A stretch of DNA of 64,000 nucleotides from Bacteroidota bacterium (GTDB lineage: Bacteria > Bacteroidota > Bacteroidia > UKL13-3): contig JBKDBG010000054.1 in assembly GCA_046314755.1 (NCBI GenBank), positions 115 to 64,114 on the forward strand. Direction: 5' to 3'. Positions 20,959 to 29,050 of this stretch are shown here, in pieces. The stretch's first letter is position 1; the number at the start of each line of letters is the position of its first letter. The notes under the pieces were generated by a model. That model did no database searches and was not told where the DNA came from. It saw only the letters and a program-made list of their open reading frames with translations. A program made the translations under genes and the position numbers.

Positions 20959-22154
20959 TGAAATTTTATATCGTCATATTTTTATTCAGCGTTTTTCCTG
21001 GAGTGTTGCTTGCACAACAAGGCAACAACAAACTCACCCGAAAAACAGCGCTGCAACTTGCTCAAGAAAAAAACCCGCAAGTGCAGTTGGCCAATACCAA
21101 AAAAGAAAAACAGGTGGCTTTGCGTGGTGCATCATTAAGCATCAATGCACCCGAAATAATTTTTGAAGCACCCACCTCAACAGAGTTGCGTCCTGGAGTA
21201 TTACAAACGTTTGATTTTCCAACCACATACGTACGTAAGTATCAAGCACAACAGCAACAAATTAGTATGGCCGAAACCGAAAAACAAATTACCCTCAATC
21301 AATTGCGTTATCAGGTAAACACTACCTACAATGAAATGCAATACTTGCGGGAAGTATTTGTATCATACCTACAACAAGACAGTTTGTTGGAAGATGTGGT
21401 GGAAGTAACCAACGTGCGTTTAGAAGTTGGACAAATTTCTAACCTTGAAAAACTCAATGCACAATCGCAATACCGTGAAGTGAAATACCAATTGGATCAA
21501 ATCAAATCTAAATTGCGCACGGCAGGTGTGCAAATGAGTTTACTCACCGGTAACCCTAACGACACCGGGTTGGTTGCGGCTGATGAGTTTTTGAAATTAC
21601 CTTTGCCGGCTTACACCGTTCAAACAGAAGGAGTGTTTAATAACAATCCGTTAACCACGTTTTATGAACAAAATAAAAAGTTACAAAAAGCCTTACTTAA
21701 CCAAAACAAAAGTTATTGGATGCCGGGCTTGGTGGTGGGGTATCTTAACCAAGGACCCGACAACACGCCTGCACGTTACCGCATGCGTTACGGTTTTACC
21801 TTTCCGTTATGGTTTTGGGGAAATGCTTCGCAAGTAAAAGCAGCCAAAAAAGAAGTAAAAGTTGCTGAGCAACAAGCCGTGCTGAACCAATATGAATTAA
21901 ACGGAAATTATGCACAAGCATTGTCGGAGTTAAGGCAATACACAGAAGCATTAAACTACTACGAACAAACAGCTTTGCCACAAGCGGAAGAAATTGCCAA
22001 AACGGCAAAAGAAGGTTACCGTTTAGGAAGCATTGGTTATTACAACTACTTGCTCAACCTGCAACAAGTAATCAAAATTCGTTTAGGCTATTTAGAGGCT
22101 TTAAAAAACTACAACCAAGCTATTTATACCATTCAATATTTAAGAGGACAATAA
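20958..22154 (+). CDS. TolC-family outer-membrane efflux protein
   Basis: Signal peptide and two coiled-coil/OEP repeats. The start overlaps the czcA stop (TAATG). Confidence 0.85.
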   Translation: MKFYIVIFLFSVFPGVLLAQQGNNKLTRKTALQLAQEKNPQVQLANTKKEKQVALRGASLSINAPEIIFEAPTSTELRPGVLQTFDFPTTYVRKYQAQQQQISMAETEKQITLNQLRYQVNTTYNEMQYLREVFVSYLQQDSLLEDVVEVTNVRLEVGQISNLEKLNAQSQYREVKYQLDQIKSKLRTAGVQMSLLTGNPNDTGLVAADEFLKLPLPAYTVQTEGVFNNNPLTTFYEQNKKLQKALLNQNKSYWMPGLVVGYLNQGPDNTPARYRMRYGFTFPLWFWGNASQVKAAKKEVKVAEQQAVLNQYELNGNYAQALSELRQYTEALNYYEQTALPQAEEIAKTAKEGYRLGSIGYYNYLLNLQQVIKIRLGYLEALKNYNQAIYTIQYLRGQ

Positions 22155-22155
22155 C

Positions 22156-23313
22156 ATGAAATATATTGTAACAATATTAACCACGGTAGTGTTGCTGAGC
22201 GCATGCGGCAATAAAGAAAATAATGCCAACACACCGGCAAAAAAGGATTATGATTCCATTGCGCTTACCCAACAACAATTAAAAGGCGTAAATGTAACGT
22301 TTGTGCAGTTTACGCAGCGCCTTATCAAACCGATTATTCATGCCAACGGAGCCATACGTTTATTGCCCGAAAGCAAGGCCGAAGTAAGCTCGCACATCAA
22401 CGGAAAAATTGACCGCATATTTGTGCGTGAAGGGATGTACGTAAACAAAAACCAAGCATTACTAAGCATCAGCAGTTTTGATTTATTGGAGTTGCAAAAC
22501 GAATATGTTTCGGCAAAAAACGAAGCCGAATTTCAACGCGTGGAGTTTGAACGACAAGGGGAATTGAAAAAAAGAAACATGGGGGTCTTGGCCGATTATC
22601 AGGCAGCAAAAGCCAAATACCAATCAGCGATTATCAAAGAAAAAACCTTGCAACAAAAATTGGAAATGCTTGGCATTGATACCAGAGCTTTTGCTGATTT
22701 AACCAATCCGCATATTCAAAAAACCATCACCATTAAAGCACCTTTCAGCGGATACATGAACAAGTTAAATGTGCACGCAGGATCTTTGGTTCAACCGGAA
22801 ACCATATTGGCCGAAATCATCGACCCGAAACAATTGCAAGCCGAAGTGTATGTGTATGAAAAAGATGCTGAGTTGATTAAAGAGGGTTTGCCGGTTACGT
22901 TAAACTTTGTGCAAAATGGCATTGCTCCTGTGCAAGGCAAAGTATTGTTTGTTTCGCGTGCGTTAGACCCTACCAACAAAACCATTACCCTGCATGTACA
23001 ATTTGCCCAACCGCAACACGAAGAAATTCATGCCGACATGAATGTGAAGGCAGTAATTACAGGACAAGCAGGCAGCGTAGCCGAAATGGCTATTCCTGCC
23101 ACAACCTTGTACGATGATGGGGAACACAAATACATATTTGTAGCCATGAACCCAAAGAACGAAAAAGTACAAATGAAAAAATTTAGGGTTGAAGTATTGA
23201 AAGAAGACGAAGGTTATGCGGTGATAAAATCCATACAAAAATTGCCGAAAGATTGTTGGATTGCAGATTACAATGTGTTGGCCATTGAGGCCGAAAGAAA
23301 GAAAAACGAATAA
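22156..23313 (+). CDS. Efflux RND periplasmic adaptor (membrane fusion protein, CzcB/HlyD-like)
   Basis: Lipoprotein signal (LLSAC), then lipoyl/barrel-sandwich, coiled-coil hairpin and beta-barrel order. It starts 2 nt after the TolC-like gene. Confidence 0.9.
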   Translation: MKYIVTILTTVVLLSACGNKENNANTPAKKDYDSIALTQQQLKGVNVTFVQFTQRLIKPIIHANGAIRLLPESKAEVSSHINGKIDRIFVREGMYVNKNQALLSISSFDLLELQNEYVSAKNEAEFQRVEFERQGELKKRNMGVLADYQAAKAKYQSAIIKEKTLQQKLEMLGIDTRAFADLTNPHIQKTITIKAPFSGYMNKLNVHAGSLVQPETILAEIIDPKQLQAEVYVYEKDAELIKEGLPVTLNFVQNGIAPVQGKVLFVSRALDPTNKTITLHVQFAQPQHEEIHADMNVKAVITGQAGSVAEMAIPATTLYDDGEHKYIFVAMNPKNEKVQMKKFRVEVLKEDEGYAVIKSIQKLPKDCWIADYNVLAIEAERKKNE

Positions 23314-23321
23314 ATAAAAAA

Positions 23322-23358
23322 CTCCGTTGGTGATAAAACACCAGCGGAGTTTTTGTTT
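23322..23358 (+). terminator. Rho-independent terminator of the czc operon
   Basis: 11-bp stem CTCCGTTGGTG/CACCAGCGGAG (one G-U pair), loop ATAAAA, then TTTTTGTTT. Confidence 0.8.
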
Positions 23359-23547
23359 GGAGAGAACCTACTGTTAAAAAAGCATGAAGTGCTCTTATAA
23401 GCATTGTTATTTTACATCGGCACAATACCGTTTAGAAAATTGTGTGGAACATCAACAGTAACCAAAGAAGTAAAAAACAGTTTATCACACCTCCAGTCAT
23501 TGCAAATGCCAAGTATTTTAATTTACTTGGTGTAACAAAACAGTTGA

Positions 23548-23862
23548 ATGAGAAAGCGCTATTTTTTATTGCCATGCCTGCTTGCTTTCATTTTTTTAAG
23601 TGGTTGCAGTAAGCGTTATGCCTACTTAAAAACCATTCCTGTTGATGCCGTTAAGCAAGGTTCGATAGTAAAATCTCACCAACCAATTATTAAAACATTT
23701 TCCCATCGCATTGATAATCTAAACAATACACCTATTCTTCTTCAACAAGAAAAAATCACAACTTTAGCAACGACTACCATACAAGAAAAAAGCCTTGGTT
23801 TAAACAAAAGAAACCAACCCCAACTGACGGAAAAAAACCTACAGCACCTAAACGTTCACTAG
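23548..23862 (+). CDS. Hypothetical lipoprotein
   Basis: 104-aa ORF with a signal and lipobox (FLSGC). No domain recognised. Confidence 0.4.
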   Translation: MRKRYFLLPCLLAFIFLSGCSKRYAYLKTIPVDAVKQGSIVKSHQPIIKTFSHRIDNLNNTPILLQQEKITTLATTTIQEKSLGLNKRNQPQLTEKNLQHLNVH

Positions 23863-23879
23863 AAAAAGAATCCAATAAA

Positions 23880-24161
23880 ATGAATAATCTTGATACCGCT
23901 GTTAGCTTTTTAATTTATACACTTATTGCTTGTTTGGTTCTGCTTGCATTTATGATAACCGCATTCGGACCATTCATACTCATTGCTTTGTTAGCGCTTA
24001 CGGCAACTACATGGTTTTTTGCATTACAGGTTTTTTTTGAGAGAGAGAAAGGAAAAGCGTGGGCCGTTTTTGTTATGCTTTTGGCACTGTTTTTCGCTTT
24101 TATTAGTTTTGGCTTTTACATGATGAGTTGGATGCGATCAAGCGCTGGTGGAATACCATAG
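23880..24161 (+). CDS. Hypothetical small integral membrane protein
   Basis: 93-aa ORF with three hydrophobic helices. It starts 18 nt after the previous ORF. Confidence 0.4.
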   Translation: MNNLDTAVSFLIYTLIACLVLLAFMITAFGPFILIALLALTATTWFFALQVFFEREKGKAWAVFVMLLALFFAFISFGFYMMSWMRSSAGGIP

Positions 24162-24281
24162 GCTGTGTTCGTGATGGCTTGTTAAAATGATAGGTTACAA
24201 AAAGAATAGTTTCTTGCCCATTGTTCATCCAACGGATTTCACTAACATTATTACCTGTATTCGTTAGCATCATGGTTAAAT

Positions 24282-24569
24282 CATTCGAGGTTTTGCTTGT
24301 GGTGTGGGAGTCCCGAGGTATCGGGAGAACCACCGACACAAGGTCGAAAAATAAAAAAACCCCGAACTTGCATTCGAGGTTTTGCTTGTGGTGTGGGAGT
24401 CCCGAGCAATTGGGAGAACCCTAAGACACAAGGTCGCAATAACAAAAAAAACCCGAACTTGCATTCGAGGTTTTGCTTGTGGTGTGGGGGTCCCGAGCAA
24501 TCGGGAGAACCCCAAGACACAAGGTCGCAATAACAAAAAACCCCGAACTTGCATTCGAGGTTTTGCTTG
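24282..24569 (-). repeat. Tandem array (3 units, periods 89/91/90 bp) of tRNA-Phe 3'-half-like segment plus spacer plus terminator
   Basis: Unit starts (CATTCGAGG) lie at 24282, 24371, 24462 and 24552. On the minus strand each unit reads CCTTGTGTC..GGGGTTC-[TCCCGA-N4-TCGGGA]-CTCCCACACCA-CAAGCAAAA-CCTCGAA-TGCAAG-TTCGGGG-T run. This matches the 3' half and trailer of the adjacent tRNA. Confidence 0.9.
24534..24560 (-). terminator. Rho-independent terminator directly after tRNA-Phe (also present in two of the repeat units)
   Basis: On the minus strand: CCTCGAA-TGCAAG-TTCGGGG (7-bp stem with one G-U), then TTTTTTGTTATT. It begins 9 nt after the tRNA 3' end. Confidence 0.75.
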
Positions 24570-24642
24570 TGGTGTGGGAGGGAATCGAACCCCCGACACA
24601 AGGATTTTCAGTCCTTTGCTCTACCAACTGAGCTACCGCACC
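24570..24642 (-). tRNA. tRNA-Phe (anticodon GAA), 73 nt, CCA not encoded
   Basis: Minus strand reads GGTGCGG TA GCTC AGTTGGTA GAGC A AAGGA CTGAAAA TCCTT GTGTC GGGGG TTCGATT CCCTC CCACACC A. This is a full cloverleaf with a C5-A68 mismatch in the acceptor stem. Confidence 0.9.
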
Positions 24643-24650
24643 GTGTTTTG

Positions 24651-24704
24651 GTCCTTTGCTCTACCTCCCGATAGTTATCGGGATGAGCTACCGCACCGTG
24701 TTTT
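24651..24704 (-). pseudogene. Truncated tRNA-Phe 5' half (leader, acceptor 5' strand, D-arm, 5' anticodon stem) with an 18-nt palindrome in the D-loop
   Basis: Minus strand reads AAAACAC-GGTGCGGTAGCTCA-[TCCCGATAACTATCGGGA]-GGTAGAGCAAAGGAC. Apart from the palindrome replacing GTT it is identical to the real tRNA. It ends exactly before the anticodon loop. Confidence 0.8.
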
Positions 24705-24712
24705 AGGGAGTG

Positions 24713-24743
24713 CAAATGTAAAAGTAATTTTTAAATCTGCAAA
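24713..24743 (-). promoter_or_regulatory. Bacteroidota-type sigma-A promoter driving the tRNA-Phe locus
   Basis: Minus strand TTTG (24743..24740), 19-nt spacer, then TACATTTG (24720..24713). This matches the TTTG-N19-TAnnTTTG consensus. It lies upstream of the pseudo 5' half, not directly upstream of the intact tRNA. Confidence 0.6.
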
Positions 24744-24827
24744 CTTTTGTTTCAATCTAAATTAATAATTCCTGCGCTGCTACTCAATTTTTTGTTTTAA
24801 TATTGTGCAGAATCACGATTAAAACCT

Positions 24828-26135
24828 ATGATTTCACAACTACTGTTCGTATTGCTTTCAGCAGGTGCCATTTACCTGTTCGCCAAAAACCTTGGTAAAA
24901 TCCGCAGAAATATTTTGCTCGGAAAAGATGTTGACCTAAGCGACAATGCCGGAGAACGGTGGAAAACCATGCTTAAGGTGGCTTTCGGACAAACAAAAAT
25001 GGCTGTGCGCCCGGTGCCCTTTTTCTTACACCTGATTGTGTATGTGGGTTTCGTGCTCATTAATATCGAAGTACTTGAAATACTCGTTGACGGCATTTTT
25101 GGAACACACCGTGTGCTTTCGTTTTTAGGACCGGTGTACAACTTGGCCATTGGCTTTTTTGAAATTTTAGCCTTTGGCGTATTGCTGGCTTGTATTGTGT
25201 TTTTATGCAGAAGATATGTGGTGAACATTGCACGCTTTCAAAGCCCTGAGTTAGCCGGCCAACCGAATAAAGATGCCGCAACCATTTTATTTGTTGAAAT
25301 CATCTTAATGGCGGCTTTGTTAACCATGAATGCTGCTGATTTTCACTTGCAAAACAATGCTGCCAAACATTACACAAATGCAGGCTCATTCCCTATTAGC
25401 AGTTGGCTGGTTGCACCAATGTTTGCTTCGTTAAGCAACGAAACATTGGTGATTATTGAGCGTGCGGCTTGGTGGTTTCATATCATAGGCATTTTTGCAT
25501 TTATGAATTACCTGCCTTTTAGTAAACACTTTCACATCATCATGGCTTTTCCAAACACCTTTTATTCAAACCTTAATGCAAAAGGTGAATTAAATAATAT
25601 GGCGAGTGTAACGCAAGAGGTAAAACTCATGTTAGATCCAAGCGCAGCAACGCCTGAAGGATATCAGCCTCCAACCAGTTTTGGGGTGAAAGATGTACAA
25701 GATTTAACCTGGAAAAACCTGATGGACGCCTACACATGTACTGAGTGTGGCCGTTGTACCAGCAGTTGTCCCCAAAACATCACCGGCAAATTACTCTCAC
25801 CGCGTAAAATTGTAATGGATGTAAGAGACCGTTTAGAGGAGGTTGGCAAAAACATAGATGCCAACAACGGTTCTTTTGTTGATGATGGAAAAAACCTACA
25901 CAGTTACATTAGCGAAGAAGAATTGTGGGCTTGTAACACTTGTAATGCTTGTGTAGAGGCTTGTCCGGTTAATATCAACCCAATGGAAATTATTGTTGAA
26001 ATGCGCAGATTTAAAGTAATGGAACAATCATCAGCACCGGGCTCATTAAACAACATGTTCAGCAACTTGGAGAACAACCAGGCGCCATGGCAATTTAGTC
26101 CTATGGATAGGGCAAATTGGACACAAGAAGCGTAA
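24828..26135 (+). CDS. Membrane-anchored 2x[4Fe-4S] ferredoxin-type protein (N-terminal partner of a CCG-domain Fe-S oxidoreductase)
   Basis: About 5-6 TM helices, followed by CTECGRCTSSCP and CNTCNACVEACP cluster motifs. Confidence 0.85.
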   Translation: MISQLLFVLLSAGAIYLFAKNLGKIRRNILLGKDVDLSDNAGERWKTMLKVAFGQTKMAVRPVPFFLHLIVYVGFVLINIEVLEILVDGIFGTHRVLSFLGPVYNLAIGFFEILAFGVLLACIVFLCRRYVVNIARFQSPELAGQPNKDAATILFVEIILMAALLTMNAADFHLQNNAAKHYTNAGSFPISSWLVAPMFASLSNETLVIIERAAWWFHIIGIFAFMNYLPFSKHFHIIMAFPNTFYSNLNAKGELNNMASVTQEVKLMLDPSAATPEGYQPPTSFGVKDVQDLTWKNLMDAYTCTECGRCTSSCPQNITGKLLSPRKIVMDVRDRLEEVGKNIDANNGSFVDDGKNLHSYISEEELWACNTCNACVEACPVNINPMEIIVEMRRFKVMEQSSAPGSLNNMFSNLENNQAPWQFSPMDRANWTQEA

Positions 26136-26259
26136 ACGTTAACTTAGTACTTCATTAATTTTGGGGGCATACAAAACAGGCTTGAGGATGGTTAATGTTA
26201 GGCCCGGCCAGACAACGATAGTGATGTTATATTATTAATGTGTCGCTTGGTATGTTGTT

Positions 26260-26877
26260 TCATTCCTCCAAATGTGCAAATAAGTTATCCGCATTAACAT
26301 AAATAACCTGAACGGGAACCGTAGAATGCTTCAAGTTTTTTTGAACAACAGGAATAAACGCCTTGGTGTGCTTATGCATAAACTTTGTCCAAAACACAAC
26401 AACCAAAGGTCCTGAAGTAATCGCCTCGGAATAATCAACCCCATTTAATTTCTGAACAATATTAAACAGTTCTTCTCTGCTAACCATGCTATCTAATGGT
26501 GCCTGAATTTTTGGAGGGAATGATTCCATTATTCCATCCCTTTCCCAGTTTAAATTTGGCAAACCACCGGCATAGCAATTAATTTGAAACGACTCGGGAT
26601 ATTGCCCCTTGATGAAATAAAGCGCCTGTAATGGTTGTAAATGATTGTTTAACGATGTTGGAGTATGTTTTTGTTGTTTTGCTTTAAGCACCTGTATATA
26701 ATTAGTGTCAACAGCATAAACATGTTTAAGTGGTATTTCAAACTGTATTGCTGCTGCTGTAATTGCTTTATCATCCATTGTTTTTACTGTCCTTATTCCA
26801 ACCATACGGTTAACAATAAACGAGCAGGAAGTAAGTAATAGCAACACGGCTATTACAATCCAATTCAGGTGTTTCAT
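26260..26877 (-). CDS. Hypothetical lipoprotein, possibly a degenerate thioredoxin-like fold
   Basis: Signal and lipobox (LLTSC). VVVFWTKFMHKHTKAFIP resembles the FWASWCGPC region of TlpA-type redoxins but has no cysteines. I prefer the ATG at 26877 (MKHLNW); the ORF opens at 26892. Confidence 0.4.
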   Translation of the reverse strand: MKHLNWIVIAVLLLLTSCSFIVNRMVGIRTVKTMDDKAITAAAIQFEIPLKHVYAVDTNYIQVLKAKQQKHTPTSLNNHLQPLQALYFIKGQYPESFQINCYAGGLPNLNWERDGIMESFPPKIQAPLDSMVSREELFNIVQKLNGVDYSEAITSGPLVVVFWTKFMHKHTKAFIPVVQKNLKHSTVPVQVIYVNADNLFAHLEE

Positions 26878-26948
26878 TTTATTAAAACCCATTAATGCGT
26901 GAATATGTTTTATGAGTAGCTATATTGCAACATCAGTTTTTGCTGTTT

Positions 26949-28007
26949 ATGTCAAATACTCGTATAACAATTCAACAGTTCTTTGGAGCCCATAATAAGG
27001 CCCCTGTTTTTGACGTTCGCAGCCCAAAAGAGTTTTCTGCAGGACATATTCCTGGAGCCTACTCCTTACCTGTTTTTTCTGATGAAGAAAGGGCTGAAAT
27101 TGGTACTGCCTATAAACAAATCGATAGACAAACCGCTATAAAAATCGGGTTGAAGTATTTTGGATCACAGCTTAACCAATATTTAGAACCGGTTGAAGCC
27201 CTAACAAAAAAACACAATACCAACGCCATTTATGTTCATTGCTGGAGAGGCGGCATGCGCAGCAGTGCGATGGCTTGGCTACTTCAGTTTTATGGGTTTG
27301 ATGTGTTTATAATAGAGGGGGGATACAAAGCTTACCGCAATTATGTATTGCAACAACTTGGCTTGCCTTTTCAGCTGAATGTGTTAGGCGGTTTTACCGG
27401 AAGTGGCAAAACTCAAATTTTAAATCACATCAAAACGTTGGGCATCCCCGTTGTTGATTTGGAGCATTTAGCCCAACATAAAGGCTCCGCATTTGGTAAC
27501 CTCAACAACCACGAGCAACCAACCCAAGAGCAATTCGAAAACAATTTGGTTCAGGCATTAAGCGATTATTATCACGTAGATGAACAGGGCAACTTTTTTC
27601 AACCGCAACCCATTTGGATTGAAAATGAAAGTCAGCGTATAGGTTTGATTGATATTACCAAGTCGTTTTATCAAACCATGCAAAGCGCTCCGCTAATCAC
27701 CCTGAACATTCCTTTTGAAGAGCGATTAGCGTTTATTGTACAAGCCTACGGCCACTACGAAACCAACAGACTAAAAGAAGCTACTATTAGAATTCAAAAA
27801 AAACTTGGAGGTCTTCAAACCAAAGAGGCGTTGAGCTTTATTGAGGAAGGAAAATTTTCTGAGGCCTTTGCCATTTTCTTATCTTATTACGATAAGCTTT
27901 ATAGCGAGTCGATGGAACGGTCCCAAAGAAAGTCTACCAAAATTTCATCCTTTAACACCAACTTACACGAAAACTCTAATTTATTGCTTCAATTATTTCA
28001 CTCATAA
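26949..28007 (+). CDS. selU: tRNA 2-selenouridine synthase
   Basis: N-terminal rhodanese domain with the active-site loop HCWRGGMRS, followed by the P-loop GFTGSGKT. I prefer the ATG at 26949 over the TTG at 26925. Confidence 0.85.
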   Translation: MSNTRITIQQFFGAHNKAPVFDVRSPKEFSAGHIPGAYSLPVFSDEERAEIGTAYKQIDRQTAIKIGLKYFGSQLNQYLEPVEALTKKHNTNAIYVHCWRGGMRSSAMAWLLQFYGFDVFIIEGGYKAYRNYVLQQLGLPFQLNVLGGFTGSGKTQILNHIKTLGIPVVDLEHLAQHKGSAFGNLNNHEQPTQEQFENNLVQALSDYYHVDEQGNFFQPQPIWIENESQRIGLIDITKSFYQTMQSAPLITLNIPFEERLAFIVQAYGHYETNRLKEATIRIQKKLGGLQTKEALSFIEEGKFSEAFAIFLSYYDKLYSESMERSQRKSTKISSFNTNLHENSNLLLQLFHS

Positions 28008-29050
28008 TGGACCAAACTTTTAAGCTAACTCAATATGCCAAAGGCTCCGGTTGCGGGTGTAAAATATCACCGTCAGTTTTGCAAGAAGTATTGGCAAACC
28101 ATCGCACACAAGGAGGCCAAAACTTATTGGTAGGAAACCAGCATAACGATGACGCAGCGGTATATCAACTAAATGATGAAACGGCATTGATTATTACTGC
28201 TGATTTTTTTACACCTATTGTTGATGATGCCTTTACCTTTGGTAAAATTGCGGCAGCGAACGCCTTAAGCGATGTGTATGCCATGGGCGGAAAACCCATT
28301 ACGGCCATTGCTTTATTAGGCTGGCCAATTGACAAATTGCCCGCGGCTTTAGCATCAGAAGTGATTGCAGGCGCAAGAATAATTTGTGAAACGGCCGGCA
28401 TAGCCATATCTGGCGGACACACCATTGATGCTCCTGAGCCCTTTTTCGGGCTTTCAGTAAATGGTATAACAAATCCAAAAAATATCAAAACCAATCAAAC
28501 CGCTAAAGCGGGTGATAAAATATACTTAACCAAACCTATCGGTAGCGGTATTTTATCAACCGCCATCAAGCGAGGCTTAATTACCGAAAACGAACAACAA
28601 ACCTTTATCAAAACACTCACCCAGCTTAATGATATCGGTTATTATTTAGGAACATGCCCCGGTGTTCATGCGTTAACCGATGTAACCGGTTATGGACTGG
28701 GCGGACATTTGTTGGAAATGTGCACGGGTTCGGGTTTATCGGCCCGTTTAAGATTAAGTGATATTCCTTTGTTGCCGGGAGTGAGCAATTACCTTGCGCA
28801 AACCGTATTGCCCGATGCAACTTACCGCAATTGGAATGCTTACGAAAACAATATTTTGGTACAGCCTGAGGTAGATGCCTTAAAAGCCTTTGCCCTACTT
28901 TCCGACCCACAAACCAACGGAGGTTTGCTTGTGGCCGTGGGTGATGAAAATGAATTTTTGTCAGTTTGTGAAAAACACCAACAGCAAGTGTTTTTAATTG
29001 GGGGGTTAGAGGAGAATGGGGTTCAATCCATAATTACAATTAATGATTAA
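28007..29050 (+). CDS. selD: Selenide, water dikinase (selenophosphate synthetase), Cys-type
   Basis: N-terminal GSGCGCKISP motif (catalytic Cys/Lys) and AIR-synthase-like fold motifs (DDAAV, GGHTID). The start overlaps the selU stop (TAATG). Confidence 0.9.
   Translation: MDQTFKLTQYAKGSGCGCKISPSVLQEVLANHRTQGGQNLLVGNQHNDDAAVYQLNDETALIITADFFTPIVDDAFTFGKIAAANALSDVYAMGGKPITAIALLGWPIDKLPAALASEVIAGARIICETAGIAISGGHTIDAPEPFFGLSVNGITNPKNIKTNQTAKAGDKIYLTKPIGSGILSTAIKRGLITENEQQTFIKTLTQLNDIGYYLGTCPGVHALTDVTGYGLGGHLLEMCTGSGLSARLRLSDIPLLPGVSNYLAQTVLPDATYRNWNAYENNILVQPEVDALKAFALLSDPQTNGGLLVAVGDENEFLSVCEKHQQQVFLIGGLEENGVQSIITIND

Noticed and set aside
24282-24569. Possible CRISPR array, because of regularly spaced ~90-bp repeats.
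   Set aside because: The entire unit is repeated. There are no unique spacers between short conserved repeats, the unit is homologous to the adjacent tRNA 3' half plus terminator, and no cas genes are present in the window.
17434-24743. The idea that the czc operon and the small ORFs downstream of the tRNA-Phe 3' end form a classical tRNA-integrated genomic island.
   Set aside because: I found no integrase, excisionase, transposase or distal copy of the tRNA 3' end (TGGTGTGGGAG) at a plausible far boundary by eye. The displaced halves sit directly next to the tRNA rather than at the far end of an island. It remains possible but is unsupported. A whole-window exact-match search for the 3'-end sequence would settle it.
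24276-24765. Six overlapping ORFs (67-127 aa, both strands) with internally repetitive peptides such as PHHKQNLECKFG and TPTPQAKPRMQVR.
   Set aside because: They run through the 90-bp tRNA-half/terminator repeats and the tRNA-Phe gene itself. Their repetitiveness is a by-product of the DNA repeat, and several read through a tRNA. They are not credible genes.
28007-29050. A possible selenocysteine (in-frame TGA) in selD or neighbouring genes.
   Set aside because: selD reads GSGCGCK with Cys at the catalytic position and has no internal TGA. I saw no ORF pairs in the block that would be joined by reading through a TGA.
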